In this document: in pieces, positions 8,254 to 17,907 of the stretch
Numbering within the stretch: the first letter of the stretch is position 1
How the letters are laid out: every line of letters begins with the position of its first letter
Sequence record: SRR31156797_1198
Reading direction: 5' to 3' (one strand)
DNA length: 20,830 nt
Position numbers and translations under genes: made by a program
Notes under the pieces: generated by a model
The model's database searches: none
Told to the model about the DNA's origin: nothing
The model's input: only the letters and a program-made list of their open reading frames with translations

Positions 8254-9822
8254 TTGGCTGAGGAAAAATATGTTGTAGAAATGCGTCATATCACCAAAGA
8301 GTTTGGAACGTTCAAAGCCAATGACGATGTCAACTTGCAAGTAAGGCCAGGAGAAATCCACGCATTGCTTGGTGAAAATGGAGCGGGCAAGTCGACCTTG
8401 ATGAATATGTTGTCAGGATTATTGGAACCAACATCTGGTGAAATCTGGATGAATGGTGAAAAAGTGAATATCACGAGTCCGACCGCAGCAAACAAATTGG
8501 GGATCGGTATGGTGCATCAGCATTTCATGCTGGTAGACGCCTTTACTGTAACAGAAAATATCATTTTGGGAAGCGAACCCCATCATCTCGGTGTGTTAGA
8601 TCGCAAGAAAGCCCGCAAAGAAATCAAAAAAGTTTCTGAACAATATGGTTTATCGGTTGATCCAGATGCCTATGTGCGTGACATCTCTGTCGGGATGGAA
8701 CAACGGGTAGAGATCTTGAAAACTCTTTACCGCGGCGCAGATGTACTGATTTTTGATGAACCAACGGCAGTTTTGACACCGCAAGAAATCGAAGAGCTGA
8801 TCGAGATCATGCGCGGATTGGTGCGTGAAGGGAAATCGATCATCTTGATCACCCACAAACTGGATGAGATCAAAGCGGTGGCAGACCGCTGTACAGTTAT
8901 CCGTCGGGGGCAAGGGATCGGCACTGTCAATGTCAAAGACGTCAGCTCCCAACAGTTGGCCGATATGATGGTTGGTCGTTCTGTGTCCTTCAAGACACCG
9001 AAGAAAGAGGCGTCACCAAAAGAAGTCGTGCTTTCTGTTGAAAACTTAGTCGTAAAAGAAAACCGCGGCTTAGAAGCAGTCAAAAACTTAAGCTTAGAAG
9101 TACGTGCAGGTGAAGTATTGGGGATTGCTGGTATCGATGGCAATGGGCAATCAGAGCTGTTACAAGCCATCACTGGTTTACGGAAAGTCGAAAGTGGCAA
9201 GGTCTTGCTGAATGGCGATGACATCACCAACTTCAAGCCTCGGAAAGTCACCGAAGCCGGCGTTGGTCATGTGCCAGAAGACCGCCATAAATACGGGCTT
9301 GTCTTGGATATGATGTTATCAGAAAACATCGCCTTACAAACCTACTACAAAAAACCTTTGAGTAATGCAGGTGTCTTGGACTATGGAGAGATCAACGAGT
9401 TTGCTCGTGACTTGATTCAAGAATTTGACGTACGAACAGTCAATGAGATCGTACCGGCACGGGCATTGTCCGGCGGGAATCAACAAAAAGCGATTATCGC
9501 ACGAGAAATCAGCCGCGATCCTGATCTATTGATCGTTGCCAATCCGACCCGTGGGTTGGATGTCGGAGCGATCGAATTTATCCACAAACGCTTGATTGAA
9601 CAACGGGATAAGTTCAAAGCTGTTTTATTAGTCAGCTTTGAATTAGATGAAATTTTGAATGTATCAGACCGCATTGCTGTTATTCATGCTGGTGAGATCG
9701 TTGGGGTCGTTGATCCGAAAGAAACATCAGAGAAAGAGCTTGGCTTGTTGATGGCAGGGTACTCCTTGGAGGAAGCAAGACGAGAGCTGCAAATGGAGGA
9801 AGTAGGTGGTTCGGTTGAATAA
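8254..9822 (+). CDS. Nucleoside ABC transporter ATP-binding protein (CUT2 family, two ABC domains; NupA/YufO-like)
   Basis: Walker A GENGAGKST, LIFDEPT, second-domain GIDGNGQSE and LSGGNQQK. Start is uncertain: TTG 8254 fits the AAGGA RBS best; GTG 8245 and ATG 8212 are alternatives. Confidence 0.92.
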   Translation: MAEEKYVVEMRHITKEFGTFKANDDVNLQVRPGEIHALLGENGAGKSTLMNMLSGLLEPTSGEIWMNGEKVNITSPTAANKLGIGMVHQHFMLVDAFTVTENIILGSEPHHLGVLDRKKARKEIKKVSEQYGLSVDPDAYVRDISVGMEQRVEILKTLYRGADVLIFDEPTAVLTPQEIEELIEIMRGLVREGKSIILITHKLDEIKAVADRCTVIRRGQGIGTVNVKDVSSQQLADMMVGRSVSFKTPKKEASPKEVVLSVENLVVKENRGLEAVKNLSLEVRAGEVLGIAGIDGNGQSELLQAITGLRKVESGKVLLNGDDITNFKPRKVTEAGVGHVPEDRHKYGLVLDMMLSENIALQTYYKKPLSNAGVLDYGEINEFARDLIQEFDVRTVNEIVPARALSGGNQQKAIIAREISRDPDLLIVANPTRGLDVGAIEFIHKRLIEQRDKFKAVLLVSFELDEILNVSDRIAVIHAGEIVGVVDPKETSEKELGLLMAGYSLEEARRELQMEEVGGSVE

Positions 9823-10966
9823 CCGCAAAGAAAAGATCCGCAATATATTAGTGCCGATCATCGCTGTCTTGTTGGGATTCGTCCTTGGCGGAATCATTAT
9901 GGCGGCCTTCGGCTACAGCCCGATCACAGGGTATACACAAATGTTCCGGACCGTTTTTATCAACGGACAAACAGGTGGGTTAAATGCCCGCAACATTGGT
10001 GAGATTTTTGTTACAGCAGGACCATTGATCTTTACCGCTCTTGGATTTGCCATTGCAAACTCAGCGGGATTCTTCAATATCGGTCTTTCTGGTCAAGCGC
10101 TAGCAGGTTGGGTTGCCAGTATCTGGGTCGCACTAGCGATGCCGGATGCGCCTCGGTTGGTGGTCTTGCCATTAGCCGTGATCGTAGGGGCTTTATGCGG
10201 GGCGATCGCAGCTGCGATTCCTGGGTTCCTACGGGCATTCTTTGGTACGAGTGAAGTCATCGTGACGATCATGATGAACTATATCTTGCTTTATACGGGG
10301 AACCATTTAGTCAATAATGTGATGAGCGAATCCATGATCACGACAAAAGGGGTCACGAAAATGGTGGGGGAAAATGCCTCCATGCAGACCCCGTTTCTAG
10401 CAAGTATCACGAGCAACTCTCGCTTGAACTTGGGGATCTTCTTAGCCTTGATCTTCTTAGTTTTGGTTTGGTTCTTGATGAAAAAAACCACTCTTGGTTA
10501 TGAGATCCGCGCGGTGGGCTTGAACCCAAGCGCTTCTGAATATGCTGGGATGAGTAGCAAACGGACGATCATTATCTCCATGATCATCTCTGGAACACTT
10601 GCCGGATTAGGTGGAGTCGTTCAAGGACTAGGAACGTTTGAAAACTTCTTCGTTCAAGGGTCATCATTAAGCATCGGGTTTGACGGTATGGCTGTATCCT
10701 TGTTAGGAAGCGGCTCATCGATCGGAATCTTGCTTTCAGCCCTCTTGTTCAGTATTTTGAAATTAGGTGGACAAGGCATGCAGTTTGCAGGTATTCCATC
10801 TGAATTAGTTGATGTTAATATCGCAATTATTATTTTCTTCGTAGCGATCAGTTTTGTGATTCGTTTCTTGTTGGCAAAAATCTTTGACGGCAAAAAAGAA
10901 GCGCTGGTCGTACAGGAGATTGAAGCCCAACCAAACGATCAAGATCAGGAAGGAGGAACCATCTAA
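9806..10966 (+). CDS. Nucleoside ABC transporter permease 1 (BPD_transp_2 family)
   Basis: Hydrophobic 386 aa with GFFNIGLSGQ, SEVIVTIMMNY and GYEIRAVGLNPSASEYAG. Overlaps the ATPase stop; TTG 9815 is an alternative start. Confidence 0.9.
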   Translation: MVRLNNRKEKIRNILVPIIAVLLGFVLGGIIMAAFGYSPITGYTQMFRTVFINGQTGGLNARNIGEIFVTAGPLIFTALGFAIANSAGFFNIGLSGQALAGWVASIWVALAMPDAPRLVVLPLAVIVGALCGAIAAAIPGFLRAFFGTSEVIVTIMMNYILLYTGNHLVNNVMSESMITTKGVTKMVGENASMQTPFLASITSNSRLNLGIFLALIFLVLVWFLMKKTTLGYEIRAVGLNPSASEYAGMSSKRTIIISMIISGTLAGLGGVVQGLGTFENFFVQGSSLSIGFDGMAVSLLGSGSSIGILLSALLFSILKLGGQGMQFAGIPSELVDVNIAIIIFFVAISFVIRFLLAKIFDGKKEALVVQEIEAQPNDQDQEGGTI

Positions 10967-11919
10967 TGGATATTAGTTTAATTTCTTCGATCGTCACTCA
11001 AACATTGATTTATGCGTCTCCTCTGATTTTGACGGCGCTAGGTGGCGTGTTCTCAGAGCGAAGCGGGATCGTTAACGTGGGTCTTGAAGGAATCATGGTT
11101 ATGGGTGCTTTTAGCTCGATTGTTTTCAATATTGAATTTGCGTCACAATTTGGTGCGTGGACACCGTGGTTAGGGATGCTCGTCGGCGGACTTGTCGGTG
11201 TGGTTTTCTCCTTGCTGCATGCGGTGGCAACCATCAACTTCCGTGCAGACCACATCATCAGTGGTACGGTGATGAACTTGATGGCACCAGCTTTGGCCGT
11301 GTTCTTAGTTAAAGCGATCTACAACAAAGGGCAAACCGATAACATCCAACGGACATTGGGGTATTTCAATTTCCCGATTCTTAAAGATATTCCTATCATT
11401 GGCCCGATTTTCTTTAATCAAACGTTCTTACCGGCGTACTTCGCTATTTTGATCTCAGTGATCGCGTGGTTCGTGATTTTCAAAACACGCTTTGGGTTGC
11501 GTCTTCGTTCTGTCGGTGAGCATCCTCAAGCAGCTGATACCTTAGGGATCAATGTTTACGTGATGCGTTACTCAGGCGTCTTGATCTCTGGATTCCTTGG
11601 TGGGATGGGCGGTGCCTTGTTTGCTCAATCGATCGCGGGTCGCTTTGCTGTGACAACAATCGCCGGTCAAGGGTTTATCTCGATGGCTGCGATGATCTTT
11701 GGTAAATGGAATCCACTTGGTGCGATGGGCGCAGCGATTTTCTTCGGTTTCGCGCAAAACATCAGTATCGTAGGTGGCCAGCTGCCAATCATCTCTTCCA
11801 TTCCAGCAGTTTACTTACAAGCTGCGCCTTATGCCTTGACGATCATCGTGCTCGTTCTTTTCCTTGGAAAAGCTGCTGGTCCGAAAGCTAACGGGAAGAA
11901 CTACATTAAATCTAAATAA
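10966..11919 (+). CDS. Nucleoside ABC transporter permease 2
   Basis: Hydrophobic 317 aa with SERSGIVNVGLEG and GLRLRSVGEHPQAADTLGINV; TAATG stop/start overlap with permease 1. Confidence 0.92.
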   Translation: MDISLISSIVTQTLIYASPLILTALGGVFSERSGIVNVGLEGIMVMGAFSSIVFNIEFASQFGAWTPWLGMLVGGLVGVVFSLLHAVATINFRADHIISGTVMNLMAPALAVFLVKAIYNKGQTDNIQRTLGYFNFPILKDIPIIGPIFFNQTFLPAYFAILISVIAWFVIFKTRFGLRLRSVGEHPQAADTLGINVYVMRYSGVLISGFLGGMGGALFAQSIAGRFAVTTIAGQGFISMAAMIFGKWNPLGAMGAAIFFGFAQNISIVGGQLPIISSIPAVYLQAAPYALTIIVLVLFLGKAAGPKANGKNYIKSK

Positions 11920-11932
11920 TTTTTTCAGTATG

Positions 11933-11982
11933 AAAGGGTGGGGCTATGGGACATGAATGTGTTGCTGTGTCCTGCCCTTTTT
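11933..11982 (+). terminator. Long stem-loop, probable terminator after the ABC transporter genes
   Basis: AAAGGGTGGGGC...GTCCTGCCCTTT outer stem (G-U pairs on +), inner GACAT-GAAT-GTGTT stem, ending in a T run. Confidence 0.6.
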
Positions 11983-12113
11983 CTATCCTCTGGGTGAAAG
12001 GAAAGCGTCAGGAAATTTCCAAAGCAACCCAGCGCAATTTTTGCTTAAGTTTAGTATGATAGAGGTAGTAGATCCGCTTGTAAAAGCATAAAATAAAGAA
12101 AGTAGGGAATAGA

Positions 12114-13280
12114 ATGTTTAAACGTGTACACTTGATCGTGATGGATTCAGTCGGAATTGGTGAAGCACCTGATGCGGCAGCTTTTGGTGATGTCGGTTCA
12201 GATACATTAGGCCATATTGCAAAAGAAGCAGGCTTAACGATCCCTCACTTGGAACAATTAGGCCTAGGGACGATTCGTCCTTTAGAAGGCGTAAAGGCGG
12301 TAGCTGACCATGATGGGTATGCAACCAAATTGGAAGAAGTTTCTGTTGGGAAAGATACGATGACGGGTCACTGGGAGATCATGGGCTTGAATATCCAAAA
12401 GCCTTTCCGCGTATTTCCAGATGGGTTTCCCGATGAATTATTGCAACAGATCGAAGCGTTCTCTGGACGCAAAATCGTCTGCAATGCGCCGTATTCTGGG
12501 ACAGCAGTCATTGATGACTTTGGCGAACATCAAATGAAGACCGGGGATCTGATCGTTTACACTTCGGCTGACCCAGTGTTGCAGATCGCCGCTCATGAGG
12601 AAATCATTCCATTAGAAGAATTGTATCGTATTTGTCAGTACGTTCGGGATATCACGAAAGATGAGCCGTATATGATCGGCCGCATCATCGCGCGTCCTTA
12701 CGTCGGTGAGCCTGGAAACTTTACTCGTACGAGCAATCGTCATGACTACGCACTCGATCCATTTGGCCATACAGTGTTAGATTCATTGAAAGAAGCTGGA
12801 AAAGACGTGATCGCCGTTGGGAAAATCAATGATATCTTCAACGGGCAAGGAATCACCGATTCTGTACGGACGAAGAGCAATATGGACGGTGTGGATCAAT
12901 TATTGAAGGTGATGAAACAAGACTTTACGGGTCTAAGCTTTACGAACTTAGTCGACTTCGATGCGCTTTATGGTCACCGTCGCGATGTCGTAGGGTATGC
13001 CCACGCCATTGAAGATTTTGATTTGCGTATTCCAGAACTCTTAGAAGCAATGGGAGACGAGGATCTGCTGTTGATCACAGCTGACCACGGCAATGACCCA
13101 ACCTTTACGGGAACGGATCACACGAGAGAATATGTGCCATTACTAGCGTACAGCAAGAAATTTCAAGGCCAAGGAAAATTGCCACAAGGCTACTATGCGG
13201 ATATTTCCGCAACGATCGCTGAAAACTTTGGTGTTTCAGCTACAGAAAACGGAACAAGCTTTTTAAAACATTTAAATTAG
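12114..13280 (+). CDS. deoB: Phosphopentomutase
   Basis: 388 aa with [47 protein letters not shown] and DHTREYVP. Confidence 0.97.
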   Translation: MFKRVHLIVMDSVGIGEAPDAAAFGDVGSDTLGHIAKEAGLTIPHLEQLGLGTIRPLEGVKAVADHDGYATKLEEVSVGKDTMTGHWEIMGLNIQKPFRVFPDGFPDELLQQIEAFSGRKIVCNAPYSGTAVIDDFGEHQMKTGDLIVYTSADPVLQIAAHEEIIPLEELYRICQYVRDITKDEPYMIGRIIARPYVGEPGNFTRTSNRHDYALDPFGHTVLDSLKEAGKDVIAVGKINDIFNGQGITDSVRTKSNMDGVDQLLKVMKQDFTGLSFTNLVDFDALYGHRRDVVGYAHAIEDFDLRIPELLEAMGDEDLLLITADHGNDPTFTGTDHTREYVPLLAYSKKFQGQGKLPQGYYADISATIAENFGVSATENGTSFLKHLN

Positions 13281-13290
13281 AGGTGATGAA

Positions 13291-14109
13291 ATGACAACGT
13301 TACATGAGAAATTACAAGAAACAACGGCATTTATCAAAGGAAGCGGCGTCGGTGAAGTGGAATTTGGGTTGATTTTAGGTTCTGGCTTAGGGGAACTAGC
13401 CGATGAGATCGAAAATCCAATCGTGTTGCCTTACAACGATATCCCGCATTTTCCTGTTTCGACAGTGGTCGGTCATGCTGGACAATTGGTCTATGGAACA
13501 TTAGCTGGGAAAAAAGTCTTAGCGATGCAAGGACGATTCCATTATTATGAAGGCCATTCGATGCAGACGGTCACTTACCCCGTCCGTGTGATGGCGTCAT
13601 TGAAAGCTCATTCCTTAGTCGTGACCAATGCCTGTGGCGGTGTGAACGAAAGCTTCCAGCCTGGAGACTTGATGTTGATCACCGATCAAATCAACTTTAT
13701 GGGGGACAACCCACTGATTGGTGAAAACGAAGAAGAAATGGGTCCACGTTTCCCAGATATGAGCCAAGCTTACCATTTGCCTTATCGGGAAGCGGCACAA
13801 AAAGTTGGCGCATCAAAAGGATTGCACTTAAAAGAAGGCGTCTATATGGGCTTCTCAGGTCCTACGTATGAAACGCCAGCAGAGATCCGCTTTGCTCGGA
13901 CGATCGGTGCCGATGCTGTCGGTATGTCGACTGTCCCAGAAGTGATCGTTGCTGTTCACAGTGGCTTGAAAGTCTTAGGTGTTTCTTGCATCACAAACTT
14001 GGCTGCTGGTATGCAAGCGAGCTTGAATCACGAAGAAGTCGTGGAAACTACGGAACGGGTCAAGGCAGAATTTAAAGCGTTGATCAAAGAAACGTTAGCA
14101 GTACTATAA
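13291..14109 (+). CDS. punA: Purine-nucleoside phosphorylase, trimeric (NP-I inosine/guanosine type)
   Basis: 272 aa with [41 protein letters not shown] and CITN. Confidence 0.94.
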   Translation: MTTLHEKLQETTAFIKGSGVGEVEFGLILGSGLGELADEIENPIVLPYNDIPHFPVSTVVGHAGQLVYGTLAGKKVLAMQGRFHYYEGHSMQTVTYPVRVMASLKAHSLVVTNACGGVNESFQPGDLMLITDQINFMGDNPLIGENEEEMGPRFPDMSQAYHLPYREAAQKVGASKGLHLKEGVYMGFSGPTYETPAEIRFARTIGADAVGMSTVPEVIVAVHSGLKVLGVSCITNLAAGMQASLNHEEVVETTERVKAEFKALIKETLAVL

Positions 14110-14134
14110 AAAGCAGGCCAAAGGAGAAAAACGA

Positions 14135-14839
14135 ATGAGCGTTCATATCGAAGCAAAAGCAGGCGAGATCGCAGACAAAATCTTGTTACCAGGTGATCCA
14201 CTGCGGGCGAAATATATTGCTGAAACATTTTTAGAAGACCCGATCTGTTACAACAATGTTCGGGGAATGTTGGGCTATACAGGCGTTTATAAGGGCGAGC
14301 GGGTCTCTGTACAAGGAACCGGCATGGGCATGCCTTCAGCGAGCATCTATGCCCATGAATTGATCAACTCTTACGGCGTGAAGAAATTGATTCGGGTCGG
14401 TACGTGTGGTGCCATCTCAAAAGATGTCCACGTGCGTGATCTTGTGATTGCCCAAGCGGCAGCAACAAGTTCCTCGATGGTGGCAAAAAACTTCCAAAGT
14501 TTCCATTTCCCACCAATCGCTGACTTTGCACTGCTGCGTAAAGCCTATGATACAGCGATTGAATCAGGATTTACGACCCACGTCGGCAACATCTTATCTG
14601 AAGATACCTTCTACAAAGATGACATGACGGAAACGTTACAGTTGGCAGACCTTGGGGTGATGGGTGTTGAGATGGAAGCCGCAGCCTTATACTATTTAGG
14701 GGCGAAATTCCACGTTCAAACCTTAGCGATCTGTACCGTCAGCGACCACATCATCACTGGAGAAGAAACAACGCCAGAAGAAAGACAAACGACGTTTAAC
14801 GACATGATCAAAGTTGGCTTAGAAACAGCGATTGCGTAA
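14135..14839 (+). CDS. deoD: Purine-nucleoside phosphorylase, hexameric DeoD type
   Basis: 234 aa with [37 protein letters not shown] and TVSDHI. Confidence 0.96.
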   Translation: MSVHIEAKAGEIADKILLPGDPLRAKYIAETFLEDPICYNNVRGMLGYTGVYKGERVSVQGTGMGMPSASIYAHELINSYGVKKLIRVGTCGAISKDVHVRDLVIAQAAATSSSMVAKNFQSFHFPPIADFALLRKAYDTAIESGFTTHVGNILSEDTFYKDDMTETLQLADLGVMGVEMEAAALYYLGAKFHVQTLAICTVSDHIITGEETTPEERQTTFNDMIKVGLETAIA

Positions 14840-14952
14840 AAAAGATACCACAGGATCGGTGCATGAACGATGCGAGGGCTGCTTGCTTTTGATAGAGCAA
14901 GCAGCCAAATCGTATTGGTTTGCATGCAACCGAGAATGTGTTATCTTTTTTT
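14838..14952. repeat. Extended imperfect inverted repeat (rod-like hairpin) after deoD
   Basis: Nested arms AAAAAAGATA/TATCTTTTTT, CACA/TGTG, CGGT-GCATG/CATGC-A-ACCG, CGATGCGA/TCGTATTG and GGCTGCTTGCTTT/AGAGCAAGCAGCC. Confidence 0.8.
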
Positions 14953-14977
14953 GTTGGCAAAAAGCCACGAAGAAGCG

Positions 14978-15005
14978 TTGCACTTTTGCCAGAAAATGGT
15001 TTAAT
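14978..15005 (+). promoter_or_regulatory. Candidate sigma-A promoter for the dehydrogenase gene
   Basis: TTGCAC (14978-14983), 16 nt spacer, TTTAAT (15000-15005) with an extended TG at 14997-14998. Confidence 0.5.
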
Positions 15006-15037
15006 GAAAAGAAAAGGTGTAAAAAGGAGACGAGACA

Positions 15038-16225
15038 ATGAATAATTTTACGTTTCATGTAACGACGGACATTCGTTTTGGGAAAGACCGTCTGAACGAA
15101 TTGCCAGAAGTACTGAATACATTTGGAAAAAACGTCTTGCTAGTCTATGGTGGCGGCAGTATCAAGAAAAACGGCTTGTACGATGCAGTCATGGCGCAAT
15201 TGACTACCAACGGCAATCAAGTCACTGAATTGACTGGTGTCGATCCAAATCCACGAATCGAAACCGTTCGTCAAGGAGCCGCTCTTTGTCGTTCAGAAAA
15301 GATCGACGTCATTTTAGCTATTGGCGGCGGTTCTGTAATTGATTGCAGCAAAGTGATTGCTGGGGCGGCTTGCAGTGAGCAAGAGCCTTGGGACTTAGTA
15401 CTTTCCAGAAGCTATCAAGGACCAGCGATTCCATTAGTAACGATCTTGACCCTTGCAGCTACCGGCAGTGAAATGAATCGCGGCGCAGTGATCTCTAATC
15501 TAGAAACGAAACAAAAACTTGGCGTTCACGGACCCGAATTTTTACCGAAAGTATCCTTTTTAGATCCAACAACGACCTTTAGTGTCAGTCGTTATCAAAC
15601 GGCTGCCGGTTCAGCGGATATCATGAGCCATCTGATTGAAAATTATTTCAGTAAAACAGAAGGAACAGATGTCCAAGACGGTGTAGCAGAAGGATTGCTA
15701 AAAGCAGTCATTAAAAATCTGCCCATCGCATTAAAGGATCCCTCGGACTATGACGCACGGGCGAATTTGATGTGGGCGAGCACCTTAGCCTTAAATGGTT
15801 TGACTGGAAGCGGCAAGGGTGATGCATGGTCTTGTCATGCGATGGAGCATGAGTTGAGTGCGTTTTATGACATTACCCATGGCATCGGCTTAGCGATCCT
15901 GACCCCACGCTGGATGCTTCATGTATTGAATGAAGAAACGGCGCCGAAATTTGCGCGTTTTGCCAGAGAAGTCTTTGGTGTCCAAGAAGCAGTGCCAGAA
16001 TTAGCTGCCCGAATGGGGATTCAAAAACTGTATGACTTTTTTGCTTCTTGCGATATTCCGATGACTTTGCCAGAAGTGGGGATCGCCGATGACACTCATT
16101 TTGCTGAAATGGCGGCTCAAGCAGTTCAATTCAGCTCTATTGCAACAAATGCGTATGTACCGCTACAAGAAGAAGACGTGATCGCAATCTACCAAGATTC
16201 CTTGACTCCTTCAACCTATCTTTAA
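15038..16225 (+). CDS. Iron-containing alcohol dehydrogenase, butanol dehydrogenase/YqhD-like NAD(P)H aldehyde reductase
   Basis: 395 aa with YGGGSIKKNG, GVDPNPR, AIGGGSVIDCSK, TLAATGSEMN and metal ligands D..SH, HAMEHELS and HGIGLA; AAGGAG RBS. Confidence 0.92.
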   Translation: MNNFTFHVTTDIRFGKDRLNELPEVLNTFGKNVLLVYGGGSIKKNGLYDAVMAQLTTNGNQVTELTGVDPNPRIETVRQGAALCRSEKIDVILAIGGGSVIDCSKVIAGAACSEQEPWDLVLSRSYQGPAIPLVTILTLAATGSEMNRGAVISNLETKQKLGVHGPEFLPKVSFLDPTTTFSVSRYQTAAGSADIMSHLIENYFSKTEGTDVQDGVAEGLLKAVIKNLPIALKDPSDYDARANLMWASTLALNGLTGSGKGDAWSCHAMEHELSAFYDITHGIGLAILTPRWMLHVLNEETAPKFARFAREVFGVQEAVPELAARMGIQKLYDFFASCDIPMTLPEVGIADDTHFAEMAAQAVQFSSIATNAYVPLQEEDVIAIYQDSLTPSTYL

Positions 16226-16230
16226 TCATT

Positions 16231-16277
16231 AAAAAGACCGTTCCTGCGACTTGGTTGTCGCGGAGCGGTCTGTTTAT
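16231..16277. terminator. Bidirectional terminator between the convergent dehydrogenase and esterase genes
   Basis: AAAAA-GACCGTTCC-T-GCGAC-loop-GTCGC-GGAGCGGTC-TGTTTAT. Confidence 0.75.
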
Positions 16278-16925
16278 TTACCCTTCAGAAGAAAAAGCCA
16301 AACGGGCCACTAGCTGATTCGCAATCAAGGCGTGTCCTGCAGGAGTGGGGTGCACACCGTCATCGCCTGTCAGTGCCTGTGGGGAGCTAGCGACGGATGC
16401 TTCGGCAAACAAGCCATCCAGCGGCAGCAGTTGACAATGAAAGGCGGCAGCTAAGCGACGAACGATTTGGATTTTCGGATCAAGATCGATCCGCCAGGTT
16501 TGGCGATCTTCAGGATATGGCAATACAAAAGGTTCCAGCAAGAAAATACGCGTGATCCCCTGTTGGGTCACTTGTTCCAGAATTTGACGGTAGGTTGCCT
16601 CAAAGGACGTTGCCGCAGCTTCTGAACCAAAATCGGGACCACCGGCATTGTGCCACGTGTCGTTGATCCCAATCATAAAGACCAAGACGTCAGGCGCTAA
16701 TTGGAGGCAATCTTCTTGGAGACGGGCTAAGACATCGGCAGCTTTATTGCCGCCGATCCCGCGGTTATAAAAGGTAAAGCCCGCAGTGGGGAATTTCTCT
16801 GCCAGCTGATCGGCAACGAGACGGGCAAACCCATGTCCTAAATCGTGGGGGTCTTGGCGATCACGATCGCAATCTGTGATGCTGTCACCTAAAAATAAAA
16901 CGGTATCATTTTTGACTAGTTTCAT
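16278..16925 (-). CDS. SGNH/GDSL-family hydrolase (probable carbohydrate acetylesterase)
   Basis: Block I FLGDSITD, block II NRGIGGN, block III MIGIND, block V DGVHPT; AAAGGAG RBS; no signal peptide. Confidence 0.9.
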   Translation of the reverse strand: MKLVKNDTVLFLGDSITDCDRDRQDPHDLGHGFARLVADQLAEKFPTAGFTFYNRGIGGNKAADVLARLQEDCLQLAPDVLVFMIGINDTWHNAGGPDFGSEAAATSFEATYRQILEQVTQQGITRIFLLEPFVLPYPEDRQTWRIDLDPKIQIVRRLAAAFHCQLLPLDGLFAEASVASSPQALTGDDGVHPTPAGHALIANQLVARLAFSSEG

Positions 16926-16952
16926 AATAAGCTCCTTTCGAGTATGCCCTCA

Positions 16953-16981
16953 ATTATAAAAGAGGGGGGAGAAAATGCCAA
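16953..16981 (-). promoter_or_regulatory. Sigma-A promoter of the SGNH hydrolase gene
   Basis: Minus strand TTGGCA (16981-16976), 17 nt spacer, TATAAT (16958-16953). Confidence 0.7.
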
Positions 16982-16982
16982 T

Positions 16983-17013
16983 AAAAAAACTGCCCTTTGG
17001 TTAAAAAGGGCAG
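16983..17013 (-). terminator. Rho-independent terminator of gpmA
   Basis: Minus strand CTGCCCTTT-loop-AAAGGGCAG followed by a 7-T run. Confidence 0.85.
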
Positions 17014-17026
17014 CGATAAGCGAGGC

Positions 17027-17713
17027 TTATAAGTAGTATTTTTTCGCAACAGTCAAATCATCGTTCAATTCATAAACAAGTGGTTGACCAGTTGGGATCT
17101 CAAGATCCATGATATCTTCGTCAGAAATACCTTCGATATGTTTTGCTAATGCACGTAGAGAGTTTCCATGAGCCGCAACTAAGACAGTTTTGTCGTCTTT
17201 TAATGCTGGGGCGATTTCATCTTGCCAGAAAGGCAATGCACGTTCTAAAGTAACTTTTAAGTTTTCTCCACCAGGTACGTCGCGAGGGTCAAGCATTGCA
17301 TAACGACGGTCGTTTGCAGCAGAACCTTCATCTGAAGCTTCCATCAATGGAGGTAAAACATCGTAAGAACGACGCCAGATGTGTACTTGTTCGTCACCGT
17401 ATTTTTCAGCAGTTTCTTTTTTATTTAAACCTTGTAATTTACCGTAATGACGTTCGTTTAAGCGCCATGATTTGATCGTTGGTACCCAAAGTTGATCAGA
17501 ATATTCTAAAATGTAATTACAAGTTTTGATGGCACGAGTTAAAACAGATGTGTAAGCAACGTCAAATTCGATGCCTGCTTCTTTGATTTTACGTCCGCCT
17601 TCGATTGCTTCTTCGACACCTTCTGGCGCTAGATCAACATCAGCCCAACCGGTAAACTGGTTTAATTTGTTCCATTCGCTTAGTCCATGACGAGAAAATA
17701 CTAATTTTGGCAT
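17027..17713 (-). CDS. gpmA: 2,3-bisphosphoglycerate-dependent phosphoglycerate mutase
   Basis: Start moved to ATG 17713 (AAAGGAG RBS), 228 aa. Motifs [23 protein letters not shown] and AAHGNSLR. Confidence 0.97.
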   Translation of the reverse strand: MPKLVFSRHGLSEWNKLNQFTGWADVDLAPEGVEEAIEGGRKIKEAGIEFDVAYTSVLTRAIKTCNYILEYSDQLWVPTIKSWRLNERHYGKLQGLNKKETAEKYGDEQVHIWRRSYDVLPPLMEASDEGSAANDRRYAMLDPRDVPGGENLKVTLERALPFWQDEIAPALKDDKTVLVAAHGNSLRALAKHIEGISDEDIMDLEIPTGQPLVYELNDDLTVAKKYYL

Positions 17714-17907
17714 GTAAAACTCTCCTTTAGATATTCGATATTTTTCTGAAATTTTCAATTCCGTATTTATTGTACACTCTTTCTCAAAGAATTTCCATGG
17801 TTTTGGAGGAAAAGCTGGGGGAAAACGCCATTCTTAAGGAAAAACAAAAGGGGAGCATTAAAAAGAGGACCGCTTTTGTTTCATGCTGTTCTAGGGGGAG
17901 TCGACAA

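Noticed and set aside
8286..11891. Antisense ORFs within the ABC transporter genes (e.g. 8727-9251, 174 aa)
   Set aside because: Typical reverse-frame shadows of well-conserved genes, with no recognisable motifs.
14808..15058. Three small ORFs between deoD and the dehydrogenase
   Set aside because: They overlap flanking genes, lack RBSs and are better explained by the non-coding inverted repeat.
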